DNA of 57,401 nt from an uncultured bacterium. GTDB taxonomy: Bacteria > Lernaellota > Lernaellaia > Lernaellales > Lernaellaceae. Location: assembly GCA_964534375.1 (NCBI GenBank), contig CAZHPN010000010.1, forward strand, positions 1 to 57,401, given 5' to 3'. Every line of letters begins with the position of its first letter. Within the stretch, counting starts at the first letter, position 1. The position numbers and the translations under genes are program-made. The notes beneath the pieces were generated by a model. That model was given only the letters and a program-made list of their open reading frames with translations. It was not told the origin of the DNA and did no database searches. Of this stretch, positions 50,325 through 57,401 are shown in pieces.

Positions 50325-51839
50325 TCATTCCGTAACGTAAATCGGGTTTGCGTAAATCAGCGGGTAGTCGTGAATGTAGTCATCCGGGTGCCCGCCCAGC
50401 CATTTGCGCAAATGGTTCGGGACGACGTGCACTTCGACGCGATACGAGCCGGCGCTCGTCACGGCAAACGTGATCGGGCCGCCGGTGCTCTGCGCGACGA
50501 CGATGCCGCCGTTGGGATCGGCTTTGACGATCTTCGCCGAGAACGTCGGCTGCGGCAGCGACGGATCCATGTTGTAGAATTTGGGCATCGTCACCTGCAA
50601 AACCGGCTTGGCGGACAGCGCAACTTCATCGCCCATCTCGGCGACGCCGGTGGTCGCTTCGGCGTGGTAATCGAAGCCGACCGGTTCGCCGAAGAGGTCG
50701 AACGCCCCGTACATCCGGCCCTTGGTCAGCGCGTCTTCAATGCTGGTGAGATCGTTGCCCGTGGTCAGCACATAGTTCGCGAACCAGCGCATCAGGCGGC
50801 GGTAGCTGTCGCCGCGGTCGCCGTCGGAAAACGAGAACGGGATGGCGTTGCGATGCACGTCGGTGCCCATGATGCCGACCAGATGCCGGGTCGCGGTCAA
50901 CGTGTCGAAGGTGATCAGGTCCATCGCGATCGGATCGAGAAACGCCAGCAGCGCGAGGTCCGGATGGCCGGCTTTGTTCCACGGCAGGATGTAGGGCAAG
51001 AGCTTCAGGATCGTTTCAATCTTGTGCGTCGTATCCGTGCCCAGGTTCGCGTGCAGGTTGTAGAACTCGATGCCGTCGACCGAGAGGGCGCCGATGTCGG
51101 CCGTCTGCCATTCCTCGGAGTGATTCACGATGACCTGCGCGCCGAGGGGCTTCAGGCCCTGGACTGTGGATTCATCCCTGCCGTTGAATAAATTCGCGCG
51201 CTCCTGCGGAGTGCCGGCCGCTTGGCGCGTCATGTGAATCGGCATCAGATTGTTTTCCGTCCCGCTCGCCAGGATCGTCTTGGTCCCGTCGGGGCAGGTA
51301 ATGATGTTGGCGATCGGGGCGCCGTTGTCGTACATCAGAACGTCGCCTTCGGCCGGGTTGTAAAGCAGGACGGCCGGGAAATCGAATTCGGCGAAGAGGT
51401 CCGCGTGATCGGTCAGCATGGCGAATTGCTGATTCGTCGTGCAGAGGGCCGTGCGAAATTGCTGCAGACACGGCGTGTTCACTTGACCGCCGGGCATCGG
51501 ATTCTCGTCGCAGGCATCCCACGAATGAATGGAATGCAAATGGATCAAGCCGCGCTCGATCGTGTAGCCGCGCACCGGCGCATAAACGCTGGTCGGCACG
51601 ACCGTGCTGGGAATCCAATAAGGTTCCGGCGGCGCCGTGTCGGGCGACAGGTCGTCGTCCATGGGCGAAACGTCGTTGTCGTCGTCGGCCGGCGAGGAGT
51701 CGTCGTCTTCGACCGGACCGCTGTCGTCGTCGCCGCTGCTGCTGCTCGAACCGCAGCCGATCGCGATGGCCGCCGCGAGCGCCGCCAAAAAGACCGTCAA
51801 CAAAAACGCTTTCGTCGCCCAAGCGAACAACGTTTTCAT
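50325..51839 (-). CDS. PHP-domain (metal-dependent phosphoesterase-like) lipoprotein with poly-Asp linker
   Basis: Lipobox AIGC; HLHSIHSWDA, LTDH, VNH, GIEFYN, GTDVH. Confidence 0.8.
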   Translation of the reverse strand: MKTLFAWATKAFLLTVFLAALAAAIAIGCGSSSSSGDDDSGPVEDDDSSPADDDNDVSPMDDDLSPDTAPPEPYWIPSTVVPTSVYAPVRGYTIERGLIHLHSIHSWDACDENPMPGGQVNTPCLQQFRTALCTTNQQFAMLTDHADLFAEFDFPAVLLYNPAEGDVLMYDNGAPIANIITCPDGTKTILASGTENNLMPIHMTRQAAGTPQERANLFNGRDESTVQGLKPLGAQVIVNHSEEWQTADIGALSVDGIEFYNLHANLGTDTTHKIETILKLLPYILPWNKAGHPDLALLAFLDPIAMDLITFDTLTATRHLVGIMGTDVHRNAIPFSFSDGDRGDSYRRLMRWFANYVLTTGNDLTSIEDALTKGRMYGAFDLFGEPVGFDYHAEATTGVAEMGDEVALSAKPVLQVTMPKFYNMDPSLPQPTFSAKIVKADPNGGIVVAQSTGGPITFAVTSAGSYRVEVHVVPNHLRKWLGGHPDDYIHDYPLIYANPIYVTE

Positions 51840-51998
51840 GGTGCACGCCCCTTCTTGTGGAAACCTAGCCAAAAAGTATACAAGCGAATCCGATTAAATC
51901 AAGCAGTTAATTCGGGTTGCCGCACGTGCAACCTTGACAGCGCGGAGCGTCCAGGGTACCTGTGATTTCCGCACCCTGCCCTTCGTGGAGGAAAGGTC

Positions 51999-53135
51999 AT
52001 GCGCCGCGCCAACCGGTTCTTGTTGATTCTCCTGGCGATCGCCTTGCTGGCCGGCGCCGCCGCGTGCGGCAGTTTCGGCAGCAGCAGCGCCCAGCGGCCG
52101 ATCGACGACGACAACGACGTGTCGCCGGCCGACGACGACGACGATGACGATGGCTCGCCCGCCGTCGACGACGACCAATCGCCGGATGACGACGCCTCGC
52201 CGGCCGACGATGACGACGACGACGACGACAACGACGACACGGCGCTGACCTGGTCGTCGATGACCAGCAACACGACCGTCCCGCTGACCGCTGTCTGGGG
52301 GAGTTCCGCCTCCGACGTGTATGTCGTGGGCGGCGACATCCGCGACCAGTACGGCGCGGTGCTGCACTACGACGGTTCCTCGTGGTCGACGCTCACGACC
52401 GGCGAATCCACCGCGGCGCTCTACGGCGTGTGGGGCAGCGGCCCTGCCGATGTGTACGCCGTAGGCGAGGATTGGAATTCGGGCGATGAACTGATTCTGC
52501 ACTACGACGGCGCCTCGTGGACGACGACCTCGCCGACGACCACGCCGCATTTGAACGCGGTCTGGGGCAGCGCGGCCTCGGATATTTTCGTCGTCGGCGA
52601 CTACGGCACGGTGCTGCATTACGACGGCGCCGCGTGGTCTCCCATGCAGAGCGGCGAGTCGATTTCGGCGTTGTACGGCGTCGGGGGGACCGTCGCGAAC
52701 GTGTTCGCGGTCGGCCAATTCGGGGTGATTCTGCACTACGACGGCTCGGCCTGGTCGGGGATGACGAGCGGCACGGCAGGGGATCTGCACGGCGTTTGGA
52801 CCGCGTCGGCGGCGGACGTTTTCGCCGTGGGCTGGGGCACGAACATCGAGGCGGTGGTGTTGCAGTATGACGGCAAAACGTGGACCTCGATGACGACCGG
52901 CGTGACCGCGGATCTCGGCGGCGCGTGGGGCGCTTCCGCCACGGATATCTTCGTCGCGGGCACGTTTTACGACAACGTGGGAAGTCCGATCTCGGGCGAG
53001 CTGATGCACTACGGCGGCGCCGTTTGGTCGGGGCGGCCCACGTACGGACCCAACTTGTACGGCGCTTGGGGAAGCTCCGCGACGGACATCTTCTTTGTCG
53101 GCGACAGCGGCACGATTCTGCATCACGGGCCGTAG
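51999..53135 (+). CDS. lipoprotein with poly-Asp linker and seven beta-propeller-like repeats
   Basis: Lipobox AAAC; repeated L.xVWGS..DVxAVG..G.xLHYDG..W units. Confidence 0.88.
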   Translation: MRRANRFLLILLAIALLAGAAACGSFGSSSAQRPIDDDNDVSPADDDDDDDGSPAVDDDQSPDDDASPADDDDDDDDNDDTALTWSSMTSNTTVPLTAVWGSSASDVYVVGGDIRDQYGAVLHYDGSSWSTLTTGESTAALYGVWGSGPADVYAVGEDWNSGDELILHYDGASWTTTSPTTTPHLNAVWGSAASDIFVVGDYGTVLHYDGAAWSPMQSGESISALYGVGGTVANVFAVGQFGVILHYDGSAWSGMTSGTAGDLHGVWTASAADVFAVGWGTNIEAVVLQYDGKTWTSMTTGVTADLGGAWGASATDIFVAGTFYDNVGSPISGELMHYGGAVWSGRPTYGPNLYGAWGSSATDIFFVGDSGTILHHGP

Positions 53136-53236
53136 CGGCACGCCGACCGTACCGCCGCATTTACGTCAGCGGTTCCGGTCCCCGCGATAAGTTGGGCGTA
53201 TGTTTCCCCGCATCCCACAACGCCACACGGGGCGCA

Positions 53237-55009
53237 TCACAGCAAATTCTTGCCAATCACGGTCGAACGAAGTTCCAAATCGAACAGTCGCGCCGCGGTT
53301 GCGCCCAGGTCGCCGATGCGAATCGGGGCGACGCGAACGCCGGCCTGGCCGCCGGGCAGGTGAATCGCCGCCAGAATCGGCATGGTGTCGAGCGCGCCAT
53401 GTCCGCCGTTGTAAACGCGGAACGGCGGCGTCCACGAGGGGACCGTGACGCCCACATTGGGGACAAGTCCGTTGTAAACGGGGATCTGCCAGCCGTTGCG
53501 GCCGAGCAGAAACAGGTCGGGCCAGATCATCGAGCGTTCGGCGTCCCGCCCGACGAAGTGTTCGTGCCACAGCTCGCCCGGCAGGCAGACGCCGGGGACG
53601 CCCGCGCGCATTTCCTCGCGGTCGAGCACGAGCCACGGACATTCGTCCGCGCCGGTCTGCGGGTTGCGCGCGGCGTGCTCCAGCAGCAGTTTTTTCGCCT
53701 CCGGCACGGTCTCCTTGCGGTCGCGCCAATAGAGCGCTCCGTAACTGCTGACGCTGAACGCAAAAACGTTGTCGCGCTGAATCAGCCCGGCTTTTTTCAG
53801 CAAGCCCACCGCGTCGGTCGATGAAAAATCGTCGGTGGCCAGGTGGTTCAGCGAGGAATGGTCCGAAAGCACGATCACGCAGGAGCGGTCCAGCAGGCCG
53901 CGGCGGGAAAGCCCGTCGATCAGCCGCCCGAACTGCGCGTCCACATCGCGCACGTTGGCGAGAATCGGCTCGCGGTAGAGCAGCGGGTTTCGCGCGCTGA
54001 CCAGTTGATATTCGTCCACGTCGCGGCAACCGGGCGGCGGCGTGAAGCGCGGCTTCGCCGGCGCGAACTCGGACGGGTCCCAGGCGCTGCCCAGAATGTG
54101 CCCGCCGTCGTCGCATTCGGCGAGCAAAATGTACGCCAGGTCGGGGTCCTCGCGATCCAGGATCGCCAACGTCGATTCGACGATCCACTGGTCGTGCGGA
54201 AATCGCTCGGGAAGCTTTTCCATTTGCAGCGTGAGCAGGCTGCGCTGCCCGGTGTACAGGCGCGTCAACGCGTTGCCGAGCGAGAATTCCTTCAGGGTCG
54301 GATACAGTCGCCCGGATTCCGGCTGGCATTGAGCGTCGGCGTCGGAAGGCGGCTTGGCGAAAGAGGTCTTCACTGGCGCCGGCAGATAACCAGGGCGGCG
54401 GCTGCCCGTGACCAGCAAGTCCACCGCGCGCTGCGACCGGAACATCTCCGCGACCCATTCTTTGCCGGAAATCAGCAGCGTCTTGGCTTCCGGACGCTTG
54501 CGTTTGAACGCATGAAACAGCGTGTCGACCTGGCGCCCCTGGTCGTCGCGCGTGACTGCCAAGTCGGAATGGCTGATGATCGCACGCCCGGCGGAATTCC
54601 ACCCGGTCGGCTGCCCCCAGACGCCGATCACGCCGGTCTGGGCGCTGCTCGTTCCCGCCAACGCATTCAGGTGATTCATGTCGGTCGCCGCCGGCAGATA
54701 GCATTGCGCGTTGGGATACCACAACGAGGCCTCAAAGAAAGCGCGGAGATGCGGGAGCAGCCAGTCGCCAGGTTTCCCGCCGGCGAAGCCCTTGGCGTTC
54801 AGATCGAGGTATTTCGGATGCAGCCCGTCGATCGCCACGAAGATCAATTTCCGCGGCGCCGCGCGGCCTGTTTTCCCCGGAGCGCTTCCGGTGATTTGCG
54901 CCAGAATTGTCCGGGCCCCCAAGCCGCCGAGGCCCAACCACGCCGCGCCGCTGATGCTCGCCAGCGTTTTCAGAAAGGACCGTCGGGTGATCGTTCTCGT
55001 CTCGGGCAT
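53237..55009 (-). CDS. Tat-exported alkaline phosphatase superfamily protein (nucleotide pyrophosphatase/phosphodiesterase-like)
   Basis: TRRSFLK twin-arginine signal; FVAIDGLH, ATDMNH, CDDGGH, VLSDHS, GGHG. Confidence 0.85.
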   Translation of the reverse strand: MPETRTITRRSFLKTLASISGAAWLGLGGLGARTILAQITGSAPGKTGRAAPRKLIFVAIDGLHPKYLDLNAKGFAGGKPGDWLLPHLRAFFEASLWYPNAQCYLPAATDMNHLNALAGTSSAQTGVIGVWGQPTGWNSAGRAIISHSDLAVTRDDQGRQVDTLFHAFKRKRPEAKTLLISGKEWVAEMFRSQRAVDLLVTGSRRPGYLPAPVKTSFAKPPSDADAQCQPESGRLYPTLKEFSLGNALTRLYTGQRSLLTLQMEKLPERFPHDQWIVESTLAILDREDPDLAYILLAECDDGGHILGSAWDPSEFAPAKPRFTPPPGCRDVDEYQLVSARNPLLYREPILANVRDVDAQFGRLIDGLSRRGLLDRSCVIVLSDHSSLNHLATDDFSSTDAVGLLKKAGLIQRDNVFAFSVSSYGALYWRDRKETVPEAKKLLLEHAARNPQTGADECPWLVLDREEMRAGVPGVCLPGELWHEHFVGRDAERSMIWPDLFLLGRNGWQIPVYNGLVPNVGVTVPSWTPPFRVYNGGHGALDTMPILAAIHLPGGQAGVRVAPIRIGDLGATAARLFDLELRSTVIGKNLL

Positions 55010-55116
55010 CGACGAACCTCGTTTAGTTTTCTGGGCAAACAGTGGGGTGTCGCCAAGCCGATTGTCAAGTCGGCGGCGACCGTGTGCTGCGCCACATCTC
55101 CTTTGATTTCTCAGCG

Positions 55117-57285
55117 TCACCGCCGCTTCGGCAACTCCTCGCCCGGTCGGTATTCCCGTTCGAGGTGGGCGCGGATGTCGGCCTCGTCGAGCCATACGGG
55201 CCGGGTCTGCTTGTCGGCGAACAGCGGCGCCTGGTCGGCGAAATGCGGCGAAGCGGCGTCGCGGGTCGCGGCGCCGTACTGATGGATCGCGCGGGACGTG
55301 ACGCGGCCGTCTTTGTCCCATTTGACGAACAGGATGTACGAGTCGCCGACCATATCCGCCAGGCGGCCGTTGCGGAACGCGATCCCCGCGACGGCGCGCA
55401 GGGTGTCGGGCCCGCCGGAGAGCGGCAGGTCGACCTTTCCGCGGGTCAGGCGCGCGATCTCGCCCCAGGCGGGATCGATTCGGCCGAACTGCCGCTTGAA
55501 CTCGCGCGCGGTCTCGGCGAGCGATTCCAGCGGCGTCGCGGTCGGCCGGCCCAGCAATCGCCGATGATAGATGAAAGGCGCGGCGCTGAGCGCGATCAGG
55601 GGCAGGCTGCGGCTGGCCGGGTCGGCGCGGAAGTCGAACTGCCGCACCGCCTCCACGGCTTCGCGCAACAGCGGATCGGCCGGCGCCGGCGCGGCCAGAA
55701 TGCCCTGAACGAACTCGCCCAACGATGAACTGCGCTCATAGTTCTCGTCGAACTTGTACGCCTGAAATTTTTCCCAGGTGATCGAATTGTCGCCGCCGTA
55801 AAGGGCCCGGGCGCGCAACGAGCGGTTCGTCATGCGCGTTTCAACCCCCATCTCGGGCGCAAAATCGCTGGGCCGCGGGTTTCCCGCGCCGACGGTCGTC
55901 TGGAACGGCGACGAGTTGCAGCTTTGCACCATGCCGGACGGAGGGTTGAACACCTGCGGCAACGCATCCAGTGGATAAATGTCCTTCCAGACCGTCTTGG
56001 CGACATTCCCCGGGAGATAGCCGGCCGGATCGCCGCCCGGAGCGCGGACGGGAAAACGACCGTTGTACAGATAATAGATATTCCCCTGCTTGTCGGCGTA
56101 GACGAAATTGAACGACGGGATCGCGAGCATCCGCATCGCGGCTTGCCATTCGGCGAAGTTGCGGGCCTTGTTCATGCGGAACCACTGTTCCACGAGTCGG
56201 ATGTCGTCCAGCCCCGCGTAGCGGATCGCGTAAACGCCGCGCTTCGTGCGGAATGCCGGCCCGTGAACCGACCAGAGCGTTTCGCGCCGCACGGTCACCT
56301 TGAGCCCGCCCGGCAGCCGGACCTGGAGCTTCGCCTCCCCGCGTTCGAACGGGCGCGATCCGCCGTCGAGCAGATAGCGGTTCTTGTCCTTCGGGTCCAG
56401 TTCCAGCGCGTAAATATCATACAAGTGCGGCAGGTTCACGGTCGGCGCCCAGCCGAGGTCGCGATTGTGGCCCGCCAGCACGACCGGCGCGCCGGGGAAC
56501 AGCCCGCCGACCATGTCCCACCCCTCGTCGCTGTGCACATGCGCTTCGTACCACGCGGCGTTGCCGTCCCACGGTTGGTGCGAATTGAGGCACAGCATAG
56601 TCTGGCCCTCCGACGAACGCGCGGGCGACACGGCGAAGGCGTTGGACCCGCCGAGTCCGCCCGCGGCCGCCAGCCATCCGCCGGCGCCGTTCGTGCGGTC
56701 GGCGTGCTGTGGGGCTTCGTCGCCGAACAGTTTCTCGATGGCGCCGTCCAGGCCGTAGAACACCGGGGCGATGGCGACGAAGCCGGCCACCACATCGCGG
56801 CCTTCGACCGGAAAGAGGTTCGCGCGCACCTGGTCGGGGTGGAGCGCGGCGAAGTAGTTGATGCCGTCGGCGTACGCCTCGACAAGCCGCCGCGTCTCCG
56901 GCGAGAGGTCGGCGTCGTACTTTTCCCAGACGCGCTCGTGTACGCGCATGGACTGGACCAGATAATCGATCGGCGCGGCTTCCCGGCCCCTGACCGAAGC
57001 GAGCTTCGCGCGCGAAATCAAAAGGTTCTCTTGGATCGTGTAGAAGTCGTCTTCCGCGTGGGCGTAGGCCAGCCCGAACGCGGCGTCGGCATCGGTCCGC
57101 CCGAAGACGTGCGGCACGCCCCAGGTGTCGCGAAGGATGCGCACATCGTAGCCTGCGGCGCGCGACAAGTGCGGATTGATGTCCCACGTCCGGCCGGCGC
57201 AGCCGGCGGCCAGCGCGGCGACCATCGCGCCGGCGAGCAGCGCCGCCAGCCGCCGACGGCAAATGCCTTTTGCGTTCATCGTCAT
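55117..57285 (-). CDS. penicillin/cephalosporin (GL-7-ACA) acylase family Ntn-hydrolase lipoprotein
   Basis: Lipobox AAGC; ILRDTWGVPHVFG, GLAYAHAED, GSNAFAV (nucleophile Ser), NSHQPW, FNFVYAD, SPHFADQA. Confidence 0.92.
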   Translation of the reverse strand: MTMNAKGICRRRLAALLAGAMVAALAAGCAGRTWDINPHLSRAAGYDVRILRDTWGVPHVFGRTDADAAFGLAYAHAEDDFYTIQENLLISRAKLASVRGREAAPIDYLVQSMRVHERVWEKYDADLSPETRRLVEAYADGINYFAALHPDQVRANLFPVEGRDVVAGFVAIAPVFYGLDGAIEKLFGDEAPQHADRTNGAGGWLAAAGGLGGSNAFAVSPARSSEGQTMLCLNSHQPWDGNAAWYEAHVHSDEGWDMVGGLFPGAPVVLAGHNRDLGWAPTVNLPHLYDIYALELDPKDKNRYLLDGGSRPFERGEAKLQVRLPGGLKVTVRRETLWSVHGPAFRTKRGVYAIRYAGLDDIRLVEQWFRMNKARNFAEWQAAMRMLAIPSFNFVYADKQGNIYYLYNGRFPVRAPGGDPAGYLPGNVAKTVWKDIYPLDALPQVFNPPSGMVQSCNSSPFQTTVGAGNPRPSDFAPEMGVETRMTNRSLRARALYGGDNSITWEKFQAYKFDENYERSSSLGEFVQGILAAPAPADPLLREAVEAVRQFDFRADPASRSLPLIALSAAPFIYHRRLLGRPTATPLESLAETAREFKRQFGRIDPAWGEIARLTRGKVDLPLSGGPDTLRAVAGIAFRNGRLADMVGDSYILFVKWDKDGRVTSRAIHQYGAATRDAASPHFADQAPLFADKQTRPVWLDEADIRAHLEREYRPGEELPKRR

Positions 57286-57401
57286 TCGCTCCGTAGGGCT
57301 TTCTCGGACGGCGTAATTTTATACACGAGCCTCCGGCGGCGGTAAACAGCCATTTCGGAAGTCAGCCGAGCAGTAACCCGTAAAGTCCTTATCTAGCCCC
57401 G

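Overview
GC-rich bacterial chromosomal segment. Gene content and the many poly-Asp lipoproteins suggest a Deltaproteobacteria/Myxococcota-like lineage (inference only). It holds about 43 CDS. Housekeeping genes: a pterin/folate cluster (FAD reductase-PCD fusion, folM-like SDR, folB, folK, folE), pyrR-pyrB-pyrC, recG, lipA, peptidoglycan recycling genes (ldcA-like, serine hydrolase, mpl) and apbE. Also present: two sensor kinases, several secreted or lipoprotein hydrolases and one tRNA-Asn(GTT). Most notable: (1) a decayed GIY-YIG-like nuclease gene whose stop codon lies inside an inverted copy of the neighbouring tRNA-Asn, in which the anticodon arm is replaced by a perfect palindrome; (2) a four-gene tandem paralogue array of membrane proteins, two fused to FGE-sulfatase domains, inserted antisense among the murein-recycling genes; (3) a flavoprotein reductase fused to pterin-4a-carbinolamine dehydratase heading a pterin operon; (4) modular lipoproteins joined by shared poly-Asp linkers; (5) several families of short-period (7-10 bp) intergenic repeats, many in inverted pairs, plus one MITE with TIRs and a target-site duplication. 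No CRISPR array, rRNA, intact transposase/integrase or reverse transcriptase was seen. All calls come from motif recognition by eye; no database search was run.
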